From Tetramitus jugosus (lineage: Eukaryota > Protista > Heterolobosea): a stretch of 64,000 nucleotides of DNA. Position 1 is the first letter of the stretch. The number at the start of each line of letters is the position of its first letter. Below the pieces are notes generated by a model. That model worked only from the letters and a program-made list of their open reading frames with translations. It was not told the origin of the DNA and did not search any database. Positions 20,125 through 29,647 of the stretch are shown here, in pieces. Made by a program: the position numbers and the translations under genes. Location: positions 401,304-465,303 of the forward strand of contig OW569376.1 in the NCBI GenBank assembly GCA_937625935.1, in the 5' to 3' direction.

Positions 20125-23100
20125 ATGTTCAGTCGACTCTTATACCGGTTCCCACTCTCGGACCTATTCAATAACCTCTCGGGTCATGCTTTATTCAGCC
20201 CGAGTATCGATCTGGAACACTCGAGTGAAGATTTTCTCTATGTTGCCTCACAACACGATCACGATGATGAGGAGTGTTGCATACAATCCATCACGACTGA
20301 AATTTATGATCGAAAACCATCCGAGCACTCTTTTGACGATTCTCATCATTATCATGACCAAACCGCCTCAATGCACATGAGTTCAGTTGATTTCGATAGT
20401 ATTCAGATTGGTGATCCCGTTTTTCGGTCAACCTCGATGTTCATTTCTGATAATGGCGAAACAACAATGTATTCTGATCTGAACCATGAGAAACAAACGA
20501 CAACGACGAATATTGATGAATACATGGAACAAAGAGACATTGATAACGAACACAAAATTCATCAATTGTTTAATGAAATTGTGTCACAAAGAAGAACGAA
20601 CAAGGGAGACAATGTTGATTGCTTGTTGAACGAAAATAGAGAATGTTTGAGTATTAGAGAAAAACAATTAACCATTTATTTAAACGAGGTTGCTAAGAAG
20701 CATTCTACGAGTGGTTATCACTTCCGCAGCCGAATGAACTGCGCTCTTCATTTTTATCAATTTTTGCAGAGTGTGACAGGTGATGCGCGGAATCTCCTTC
20801 ACGGTCTGGAAAATCACAGAGAAAAAGAATGTTCAAAGAAGGTTCTTTTGTGTGAACTGAAGAGTTTATCTGTATTTCTAAGGTCCAGCGAATTGGATGA
20901 TGTGGAGCAATTCATAAACGGTGACGATACCGTTGTCATGCTCTCTAGTTTGCTCGTGCGGTCACGACATCAATATCTCATGTCCAAATCATTGGTCGAC
21001 TTGGAGATTGTACTGCAAGTGATCATGTGCTTTGAAGCTTTGATGGATATTAAAAAGGGAGTGGACAGAGTGTTAGAAACACAAGGCGTTATTGAGTTTA
21101 TGGTGTTGATGTTAGACTTTACAAGAATTGGTTATTCAAGTGATTGTGAGACAACGACTAGGAACGTAGGATTCATGACAGTGCTCGATAGCGCGCATTC
21201 ATTATGTAATAAGCCTTCTCTTTTGTCTGAGACAGGCATGACAAGAGCTAGAGAGATCTATCGTTTGTCTTGTTTGCGCATCTTGTTCATTGCTCGTATC
21301 ATTTGTTCTCACTCGAAATTCGGATTCACAACGGTGGTAGAAGCAATGAACCAGTACAAGTTGTTCAATAGAGAGAAGCACAGATTTGAACAGATGGTTG
21401 AATCGATTGAATACGCTCTTGATTTAGAGTATCAAACATCCTGTATAGCATTAGTCAACGCATTGATCTATTCCACTGATGACTATACCAACAGAAGTGT
21501 CATGTACCACGAGTTCTCCAATCTAGGGCTGAGCCAAATTTGTCAAGCCAAGTGCACTCAATCGCTTAGTGATGTCCAATTACACCAATTCCAAAGATAC
21601 TTACGCTTCGAGAACAAGGAATCGAACTCTCTTAGTTTATCCTCGGATAATGAAGAAAGTAATGATGAGAAAAAGAGTGACTACGAGAGCGAAGTATTCT
21701 CTCAATGGACCGCTTTAAATGATCCATCAGATATCATCTCGTTCTTGCAGCTGCGGTTAAACAAGCATACAGAGGCGCACACTAGCTTTACGAACATCTT
21801 AAAGTTCTTAGTGCTTGTGACACTTAAAGATCTGAACAAAAATCTGGACAGAGACTGGAGAGTGATAGAATTAACTCTGTCGCATATGCTACACATTCAT
21901 CAAAGAGAAATGGGCACAAGTGGTGTGACTGCCAAAGAAATTCATTTGGAGAACGTATTACAAGAGAAGGAACACTTTATTTTCGCTTGTTCAAGAGCTT
22001 TAAGAAAGATTTTAGATGGCAAGTTTCACAACATGTCGTTAGAGTCAAGTGAGTATGGTAACAACCCATCCAACAGGAAGCTCATTCAGTTGTTAGTCGA
22101 ATTGAGCGAGAAAATGAAAGGATATCGGACTGGATCATTCAGGCCAATCGGTAGTTCATCCTGTAGCCAAGGGGGTGTCAAGAGAGCCGAAATTTCTCCA
22201 GCAGTCGAGGGGACAATGCGGCCTCAATCTGTTCCTGAAGAACCAAAAACTCCAGTGAGTCCTCAGTCTGTTTCACCAAGTGAACCTACTCAGTGCACTC
22301 CCAAGAAAGTAGTTGTACCACCCATCATTGGAATATCTTCGATGGGACCACCTCCTCCACCTCCTCCAAGCTTTGGTCTTGGTAACAGGAACAAACTACC
22401 CACACTACCCGAACTCAAGACAAAAATTGAAACGAAGAGGGTATATGTAGGAAGTGACTCGATGACGAATAGTATGGTCACGAAAACAGAGTGGATATCA
22501 ATGATTAAGGAATACGCTTCTGAACTTGCTGAGACAATCAATGTGACACATATTGAAACATTGTTTGCAAAGAAGCAGTATGTGACTCCGAGACTGAGAC
22601 AGAGCGATCAACCAATTCAAGTTTCCTTCCTGGAAGAATCAGCATCATATCGGATCAATCTGATGATGGGTTATCTTCGCTTATCAAGAGACAAAATTAA
22701 GAGCCTCATTGTTCGAATGGATGATGTGACACTAGGGAAACAATCCATTGAAACTCTGAGAGACATTTACCCAGATGAAGCCAAAATGGTTGAGTTCATG
22801 TCGTTTGTTGAGCAAAACAGGAACAATATGACTGATGCTGATTCGCTGCTTTGGTCGCTGAGCTCCATACCAAGAATCAAGCATCGTTTGTACTGCTGGA
22901 CTACTTGCTTGGAGTTTGAGCACAAGATTGAAACCATTGCTCCTGGATTGAATCATTTGATTACAGCATGTCAACAGATTTCCTCCAGTGTACACTTGAA
23001 AAAGTTGCTTGTACTCGTCCTGGACCTAGTGAATCTTATCAACAATGGTTCAAAACCAATATATGGCTTCAAACTTAATTTCCTTTCAAAACTGGAGGAT

Positions 23101-23661
23101 ATCAAGAGCTCAGATAACACAACAAACTTTTTGAGCTGCATCGCTCAAATTTGTACAAATGAGATGCCAGACCTTATTCAAGAACTTGTCTCTGGATTGT
23201 CAAGCATGGAACCAGCCTCAAAAATAGAGCTTTCTGAATTAAAGAAAGAGTATAAGAAGCTGGATAGTGACTTGCAGTTTGTGAATTCGGAGCTCGAATT
23301 ACATGAACACAAGTACCAAAACTATGGGGATGTTGTATTCCTACAAACAATGAGAAATTTCCAGATGAACGCGGAGAGCAAGCTTGCTGAATGCAAATCT
23401 CTCATTGAAAAGTTTGAGAGTGATGCTCTCGTGTTGAAAGACATGTACGGAGAGGCCCAAAAGGAAGTACTCGAGCAACCACATTTAATCTTCTCTGCCA
23501 TGAGCGAATTCTTAACAAAGTTGACCACAAGGGCAAAGAACAATCAGACTCTTGCTGCATTGGTCAGTGCGATCAAGGATGGCAACATTGTTGACAAGAT
23601 TAAACTGCAACGAAGCACTCATAGCTCATCGCTAGATGGCATTGCATTAGAGGGTAAATAA
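20125..23661 (+). CDS. Formin (GBD/FH3-like region, short FH1, FH2)
   Basis: EKHRFE..LEYQTSCIALVNAL (FH3-like); GPPPPPPPS; IETLFAKK, SIPRIKHRL, YGFKLNFLSKLEDIKS (FH2). Confidence 0.9.
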   Translation: MFSRLLYRFPLSDLFNNLSGHALFSPSIDLEHSSEDFLYVASQHDHDDEECCIQSITTEIYDRKPSEHSFDDSHHYHDQTASMHMSSVDFDSIQIGDPVFRSTSMFISDNGETTMYSDLNHEKQTTTTNIDEYMEQRDIDNEHKIHQLFNEIVSQRRTNKGDNVDCLLNENRECLSIREKQLTIYLNEVAKKHSTSGYHFRSRMNCALHFYQFLQSVTGDARNLLHGLENHREKECSKKVLLCELKSLSVFLRSSELDDVEQFINGDDTVVMLSSLLVRSRHQYLMSKSLVDLEIVLQVIMCFEALMDIKKGVDRVLETQGVIEFMVLMLDFTRIGYSSDCETTTRNVGFMTVLDSAHSLCNKPSLLSETGMTRAREIYRLSCLRILFIARIICSHSKFGFTTVVEAMNQYKLFNREKHRFEQMVESIEYALDLEYQTSCIALVNALIYSTDDYTNRSVMYHEFSNLGLSQICQAKCTQSLSDVQLHQFQRYLRFENKESNSLSLSSDNEESNDEKKSDYESEVFSQWTALNDPSDIISFLQLRLNKHTEAHTSFTNILKFLVLVTLKDLNKNLDRDWRVIELTLSHMLHIHQREMGTSGVTAKEIHLENVLQEKEHFIFACSRALRKILDGKFHNMSLESSEYGNNPSNRKLIQLLVELSEKMKGYRTGSFRPIGSSSCSQGGVKRAEISPAVEGTMRPQSVPEEPKTPVSPQSVSPSEPTQCTPKKVVVPPIIGISSMGPPPPPPPSFGLGNRNKLPTLPELKTKIETKRVYVGSDSMTNSMVTKTEWISMIKEYASELAETINVTHIETLFAKKQYVTPRLRQSDQPIQVSFLEESASYRINLMMGYLRLSRDKIKSLIVRMDDVTLGKQSIETLRDIYPDEAKMVEFMSFVEQNRNNMTDADSLLWSLSSIPRIKHRLYCWTTCLEFEHKIETIAPGLNHLITACQQISSSVHLKKLLVLVLDLVNLINNGSKPIYGFKLNFLSKLEDIKSSDNTTNFLSCIAQICTNEMPDLIQELVSGLSSMEPASKIELSELKKEYKKLDSDLQFVNSELELHEHKYQNYGDVVFLQTMRNFQMNAESKLAECKSLIEKFESDALVLKDMYGEAQKEVLEQPHLIFSAMSEFLTKLTTRAKNNQTLAALVSAIKDGNIVDKIKLQRSTHSSSLDGIALEGK

Positions 23662-23797
23662 GGAATTTATTCTTCAATGCTAATAAAACTTCGAGCTGTT
23701 TTATCATCTTTCATTGATGTCAAGTATTGTACAAGCTCTTCATGATAAACTCATCTGCACAGTATGATAGTATCTCTGGTTTTTGGTGAACACATCT

Positions 23798-24619
23798 TCA
23801 ATTCACTTTAGTGTTTTCCGAGGTAATGGACATCAAGTACTTGGTGCCGTTGAACAAGGAGAAGAAGAGAAGAACAGCCGAAGCTCCCACTAAACTCTCC
23901 ACATTGAACCACTTCGAGATGAGAATTGTAACGACGTATCCCTCAGCAATTGCGGCCAACATCAAGTAGAGACCTAGACACAACCTCGACTGAAGTAATT
24001 GACCAGCAAACGCCAAGAATATACCAATCATAGCCATCACAACAATCATCAATGGAGGATGCTTGTTACTAGGAACAAACAAGAGATAAAACAACAAAAC
24101 ACCGAGAATACCAATCACACTCACCGAGAACTGATTCAATAGTTTTTGAAGGGACCGAAAGACAACATCACCCGAGTCATCATATGTAATATTGTTGTTG
24201 TTTGGACCACTTGATTGGTGAACAGGGGACATTGATGGATGAGCTTCGGGACCAGTACTACTATTGGATGGCACTTGATTCATGAACCATATGTTACTGG
24301 CCATTTCATAGTTTTGTTGAGTTGGGATATACTGTGCATGTTGCAATTCACACTCCGAGTCACTGCCCCTGTCATCCTTGGTGCTTATAGGGTTGGCATG
24401 GTTGTTTAACTGGTCACTCATTAAAACACTGTACTTGTATTCGTGGTAATGATTATTCTTCTTCATCGATGTATGGGTGGTGGGCTGGAGCTCTTGGTTC
24501 ATAGAACTAGACCTACTTCTGCTGTTGGTTTCAATTTCAATGAGGTTGCTTGACGTCGAGCTCGCAACTTCGTGTTGTGGTGGAGAAAGCTCCGAGGAAG
24601 ACGTGTGATAGTAGGACAT
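23798..24619 (-). CDS. Hypothetical membrane protein: Ser-rich N-terminus, about four short C-terminal TM helices
   Basis: First ATG at 24619 within ORF 23798..24646; hydrophobic C-terminal 110 aa. Confidence 0.7.
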   Translation of the reverse strand: MSYYHTSSSELSPPQHEVASSTSSNLIEIETNSRSRSSSMNQELQPTTHTSMKKNNHYHEYKYSVLMSDQLNNHANPISTKDDRGSDSECELQHAQYIPTQQNYEMASNIWFMNQVPSNSSTGPEAHPSMSPVHQSSGPNNNNITYDDSGDVVFRSLQKLLNQFSVSVIGILGVLLFYLLFVPSNKHPPLMIVVMAMIGIFLAFAGQLLQSRLCLGLYLMLAAIAEGYVVTILISKWFNVESLVGASAVLLFFSLFNGTKYLMSITSENTKVN

Positions 24620-24952
24620 TTTCTGGTCAATCGTTGTGTGTGGCACGTTTGTTGTTTGGATCTGCGCCTAACTGTAGCTGCTGTTATGGTTTGTCAGAAA
24701 GGCACGTAATGTACCTGTCCCCAGATCCCTTGAAATAAGATAGATGGAACCCTCGACACGTGCCTCAGGTATTCTCCGAAACTTCAGTCACGTGTTCTTT
24801 GCGCTGACCTAGTTATTCCGAGCAATTACGGACTGTAAAATTTTTGGGTCAGTCGGGATCGAATGGGCCTTTTTTAGATTTTCGCGGGTTTCGAGTTGAG
24901 GAGAAAATGAAAAGGCACTCAGATCGTGAATACAAACAGAAGAAATAATCAC

Positions 24953-26014
24953 ATGAGGTTCGTTTTCATGAATAATGATCAAGGGAATGAAGTTTCGTCA
25001 AAGAGTGGAGGCGAAGGCACTATGGAAGAGGAAGGAATGACCAGGAGACACACAGCGACTTTACTCAAGTCCACTGAACCCCCTATCAATAATGACAAAC
25101 CGAAATTGAAATATTTCCGATTGGGTCCATTGTATCGCAATTCTTTTCATACGAGGATGCGCAAGTGTTCACTGTGGATTGTTGCAATGGGATCCATGCT
25201 TGCTATGACACTCTGCTTTTCGGCTCTCCTCGTGCTCTCTAAGATAGTTGGTTCCTTGGCGTCTGATCACAGCTATACTTTTCCTGAGGAACACTACCAT
25301 GTGACACTCTATATTGTCAATACTTTGTCCTTTGTGATGTTGATGTTAGTGAGTTTACCTCTCTCGCACTTCATGTCGAATCAGGCCATCAAGTATGAGG
25401 ATGATACTCATAAAAGAGTAATTGAGATGACAACCCAACCCAAGCGAGAAACTTCAACAAGCACAGAATTGGATGATGAAGATGAACTGAGGTACAAAGG
25501 CACTGAAGCACCAATAGGTCAATATTGCAGTACGGTAGAGCCAGGCCAACAAGAAATGGAAGATCATTTTGGGCTACTTCATGATCAACCCGGAAAGAAT
25601 CAAGCTTCGTTCTTTGGCGGTATGAGAAATACAACAAAAAATCTGATGAATTATTTGCAGAGGAACACTCTTTGGATATGGATGGACATGTATCTCATTT
25701 TTCTCTGGCTTGTTTCGGGCTGGTACACGATTTCCATGTTCTATGTCTGGAGAGATTTAGACTATTGGGACTTTGTGGTCAGTGGCACGTGCTCCACTCT
25801 CATGTCCCACGTATCTCAATGTTCCTACGTTCGGTATGCATTCATAGTCATGGTCTCCTCCAGTGTATGTGGGTTGCTTCTCTCATTTCTGTTGATTGCC
25901 CTGCAAGTGTCAGCAATGAGTCACATTGGATCCGTGAAGCTGGCCTCCAAATTACAATCATTTCAGTCACTGAAAATTCACACGTGCAGAAGAAGGACGT
26001 CCGTCACATCTTAA
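24953..26014 (+). CDS. Four-TM membrane protein, probable distant paralog of 12828-14237
   Basis: First ATG at 24953; four hydrophobic segments; GTC..QC before TM4; motifs shared with the 12828 gene. Confidence 0.78.
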   Translation: MRFVFMNNDQGNEVSSKSGGEGTMEEEGMTRRHTATLLKSTEPPINNDKPKLKYFRLGPLYRNSFHTRMRKCSLWIVAMGSMLAMTLCFSALLVLSKIVGSLASDHSYTFPEEHYHVTLYIVNTLSFVMLMLVSLPLSHFMSNQAIKYEDDTHKRVIEMTTQPKRETSTSTELDDEDELRYKGTEAPIGQYCSTVEPGQQEMEDHFGLLHDQPGKNQASFFGGMRNTTKNLMNYLQRNTLWIWMDMYLIFLWLVSGWYTISMFYVWRDLDYWDFVVSGTCSTLMSHVSQCSYVRYAFIVMVSSSVCGLLLSFLLIALQVSAMSHIGSVKLASKLQSFQSLKIHTCRRRTSVTS

Positions 26015-26131
26015 ATTATTGTCCGGCGGAGGATCAACAATGAGTATTCCTGGTTTGTGAGCAGCAGGGTCGTTCCATCGAATTTGAAAAATCAGAAAAA
26101 AGCGAAACAGAACATCCAATCAACTAGATTA

Positions 26132-27664
26132 ATGAAAAACATACTCTCAATCCAACTGTTCATTGCACTTTTTGCAATCCTATCCTTGTGCTCTGTCATG
26201 TGCAAGGATGCTCCTTTGCCAAACCGATCGAATCTTCCTTTTCCTTCTGATTTTCGCTTTGGTGCAGCCACTGCAGCCTACCAGATTGAAGGTGCGTACT
26301 TGGAAGATGGAAAAGGCTTGAATATATGGGACGTGTTCTCTCATTTGCCAAACACAACAGAGAAACATGAGAATGGTGATGTTGCCGACGATCACTACCA
26401 CAAGGTGCCTGAAGATATTGCAATGATGAAGGCCATGGGCTTAAAACATTATAGAATGAGTATCTCTTGGGCAAGAGTGCTTCCTGATGGTACATTGAAC
26501 AATGTTAATCTCAAGGGATTAGAATACTATAGCAGAGAGATTGATCTGTTGAACCGTGCTGGGATCGAGGTCTATGCTACGTTGTATCACTGGGATTTAC
26601 CTCAAGCAATTGAACAAAAGTATGGTGGATGGTTGAACGTGACTCATATGCCAAGATTGTTTGCTGATTATTCAGAATTGTGTTTCAAGTATTTTGGAAA
26701 TCGTGTGAAGCATTGGATCACCTTTAACGAACCGTTGATTACAGCTACGTTGGGCTATGGAGCAGGTGTGAATGCTCCAGGTAGATGTACTGGTTGCAGA
26801 TTCGGTGGAGATAGTGCCACAGAGCCATATATCGTTGCTCACGCACAGTTGTTGTCTCATGCAGCGGCAGTGCAAGTCTATCGCCAAAGGTATCAATCCA
26901 CACAAAAGGGTAAGATTGGTATCACTCTGAACTCGGATTGGAATGAACCATTGACTGATAGTCAGGAGGATAGAGAAGCTGCCCAAAGATATCAAGAATT
27001 CATGCTGGGATGGTTTGCTGATCCTGTTATGAGAGGTGATTATCCAGATTCCATGAAGTCACATATTGGAAAGAGACTCCCTACTTTCACTGAGGAAGAG
27101 AAGCGCGCATTGAAGGGAAGTAGTGAGTTCTTTGGATTGAACCACTATACGAGCAGATATATTAAACCAAACAAGAAGTACAATCCTAATGATACTCCTA
27201 TTGATTGGTATCATGACACAGGTTGCATCGCCACTGCTGAAGACATCAATGGACAACCAATTGGTGAGATCGCAGACTCTGACTGGCTGTATGTTGTTCC
27301 TTGGGGTATGAGACGCCTCTTAAATTGGATTAACAAGCGATATGACAATCCTCCACTCTATATTACTGAAAACGGAGTCGATGCTCCAGGTGAGAGCACA
27401 ATGCCACTTCAAAAAGCACTGGATGATACATTCAGAGTGAATTATTTGGCTTCATACCTGTCCGAGGTTTCAAAGGCAATCAACGACGACAAGTGCAATG
27501 TTCAGGCCTATTTTGTGTGGTCTTTGATGGATAACTTTGAATGGGCTGCTGGCTACAGTAAGAGATTTGGTATTCACTATGTTGATTATAACTCCCAAAG
27601 CAAAACAAGATATGCCAAGAAATCAGCACAATGGTACAGCCAACTCATCAAAGATTATAACTAA
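26132..27664 (+). CDS. Secreted/lysosomal glycoside hydrolase family 1 (beta-glucosidase-like)
   Basis: Signal peptide MKNILSIQLFIALFAILSLC; FGAATAAYQIEGA; catalytic TFNEP and YITENG; WSLMDNFEW, RFG. Confidence 0.96.
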   Translation: MKNILSIQLFIALFAILSLCSVMCKDAPLPNRSNLPFPSDFRFGAATAAYQIEGAYLEDGKGLNIWDVFSHLPNTTEKHENGDVADDHYHKVPEDIAMMKAMGLKHYRMSISWARVLPDGTLNNVNLKGLEYYSREIDLLNRAGIEVYATLYHWDLPQAIEQKYGGWLNVTHMPRLFADYSELCFKYFGNRVKHWITFNEPLITATLGYGAGVNAPGRCTGCRFGGDSATEPYIVAHAQLLSHAAAVQVYRQRYQSTQKGKIGITLNSDWNEPLTDSQEDREAAQRYQEFMLGWFADPVMRGDYPDSMKSHIGKRLPTFTEEEKRALKGSSEFFGLNHYTSRYIKPNKKYNPNDTPIDWYHDTGCIATAEDINGQPIGEIADSDWLYVVPWGMRRLLNWINKRYDNPPLYITENGVDAPGESTMPLQKALDDTFRVNYLASYLSEVSKAINDDKCNVQAYFVWSLMDNFEWAAGYSKRFGIHYVDYNSQSKTRYAKKSAQWYSQLIKDYN

Positions 27665-27849
27665 TACCAAGGGAACTTCCCGAGAGCTCCACACCAAATA
27701 AATCATTCTCTCATTATCGCAAATTGGCAACTCGCACCGGACTTGAAATTCATTCCTGAGGTGCTCCTAGCGGCAAAACACCTCCGTGCGACAAAAATCG
27801 CACCATGGTCCGGCAACAAGGCATGACATAAAACACACAGAATATCAAC

Positions 27850-29292
27850 ATGTTGCCACTTCCCTTATTGCTCCTGCTGACATCCCTGTCAGCAACTCTC
27901 GAAGTGCTGATCATGGTTGGTGTTGGAATGTTGCTCCTATATAAGAAAGTGATTCAAGAGAGTCATGTGAGAGTGCTCAGTGTGTTAGTTTTTCAACTGT
28001 TCACGCCTTGTATGCTCTCGTACAAGTTTGCCTCAAGTGTCGATCTCAATTTGCTCAAAACTTCCTACTTGGCCATTGTGTTTGCATTTTTATACATTTT
28101 AGCGGCAAACATTTTGGCGCGTATTTTGTTTACAGAAAGATTTTGGGGTACGAGGTTGGCTGGTGTGAGAAAAATTGTTGTTCTTGTTGCTGTGACGTTC
28201 AACAATGCTGGATCTTTGCCCTATGTGTTTGTCTCTGCACTTGTGAGCACTGGAAATCTGTTTACTCAAAAACAGCTTGCAAGTGACCAAGCCATCGCAT
28301 TTATATCATTGTACCTGCTGCCCGTTCAAATTTTGTTCTGGAGCGTAGGAATGGTCACTATGAGAAAGAAAAAGGGAGACAATGATCACAGTGAAGATGA
28401 AGATGCTGATGATATCGAGTCTTCATTGAACAACACAAATAATGACGAAGCTTTGGAAGAAACTGCTGGTGATTCAACATTGGGATTGCGTGACGACATC
28501 TCACAAAAGCAACAACTTGAAGGAGAACAATTAGTTGAAGTAGAGCTCGAGGAAACGATTGGGAAAGAAGAGGCATTGAGTGATCACATGAGCACAGACA
28601 ATCTGAATCAACAATCGCGCATGAATCGACTCAAAGCATACCTGAAAAGACGATGGAACACTTTTTATCAAGATTTGCCTCCACTTAAGCAGGTATTGAC
28701 ACCTCCTATTTATGGATCTATTGCTGGTATTGTTGTGTCATTGGTGCCTCACGCAAAGGAGTACTTGATCGAAAGTCCTCCTGTGATTGTTGCCTCAATC
28801 TCTCACATTTGTGAAATTTTTGGAGATGCAGTGTTTCCGCTCTCCATGATCCTGTTGGGTGCTAATCTGGCAACTACGATGCAATCAACCAAGGAGGAAG
28901 AATCAAATGACGAAAGCACTGAACCTAAATCACGTATTGCTCGCTTGCTCAAAAAAGTGATCAAACACAATGATCCATGGGTAGTGCTGACAGCTGTAGT
29001 AGCTCGGTTGATTGTGATGCCTCTCATTGGAATCGGTTTGACTCTGTTGTTTGTCTACCTGGGATTCCTGCCCAAAAACCCGGTGCTGATGTTAGTACTC
29101 ATGATTGAAGCGTCAACTCCCACTGGTATCAATACGAGCATTCTGTGTACTCTGAATGGCAACAATGGAATCTACCACATGTGTGAACTTCTACTGTTCA
29201 TGTATCTGAGCTCACCTATCACTCTCAGTATTCTCTCGACTGCATATCTCTATCTGTCATGCTACTTCTCACCTGGTATGTGTAATCTGTAG
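27850..29292 (+). CDS. AEC/PILS-like (auxin efflux carrier family) transporter
   Basis: Two hydrophobic halves around an acidic loop; LFTPCML, FNNAGSLP, TPPIYG, FPLSMILLGANL, RLIVMPLIG, VLMIEASTPTG. Confidence 0.88.
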   Translation: MLPLPLLLLLTSLSATLEVLIMVGVGMLLLYKKVIQESHVRVLSVLVFQLFTPCMLSYKFASSVDLNLLKTSYLAIVFAFLYILAANILARILFTERFWGTRLAGVRKIVVLVAVTFNNAGSLPYVFVSALVSTGNLFTQKQLASDQAIAFISLYLLPVQILFWSVGMVTMRKKKGDNDHSEDEDADDIESSLNNTNNDEALEETAGDSTLGLRDDISQKQQLEGEQLVEVELEETIGKEEALSDHMSTDNLNQQSRMNRLKAYLKRRWNTFYQDLPPLKQVLTPPIYGSIAGIVVSLVPHAKEYLIESPPVIVASISHICEIFGDAVFPLSMILLGANLATTMQSTKEEESNDESTEPKSRIARLLKKVIKHNDPWVVLTAVVARLIVMPLIGIGLTLLFVYLGFLPKNPVLMLVLMIEASTPTGINTSILCTLNGNNGIYHMCELLLFMYLSSPITLSILSTAYLYLSCYFSPGMCNL

Positions 29293-29647
29293 TGTGGTCA
29301 ATAAACGATGGTCTCGGCGAAAAGATAACTGGAATCAGATCGTTATCTTCCACTTCAGATTCTGTGATATCGATTTTCCTCTTCCGAGTCTAATAATGAC
29401 AAGCTACGTCTAACCTGAGGACACGTGCAACCTGCAGACGTCACAAGTGCAAATTCAACGGGTTTGAGTTGACCAAAAATATCAAAACTCCGAAAAATGG
29501 GTTCCTTCCTTCGCACCGACTGTTGCTTCAAAAAACCGTCCCACACATTGTGTTCAGTTATTCTGTGTGTCGTACCTTACCACAACAACATCTTGTACTC
29601 TTCAAACAACATCCAACAAGAGCAGACCTCGAGTCATTCCAAATATA

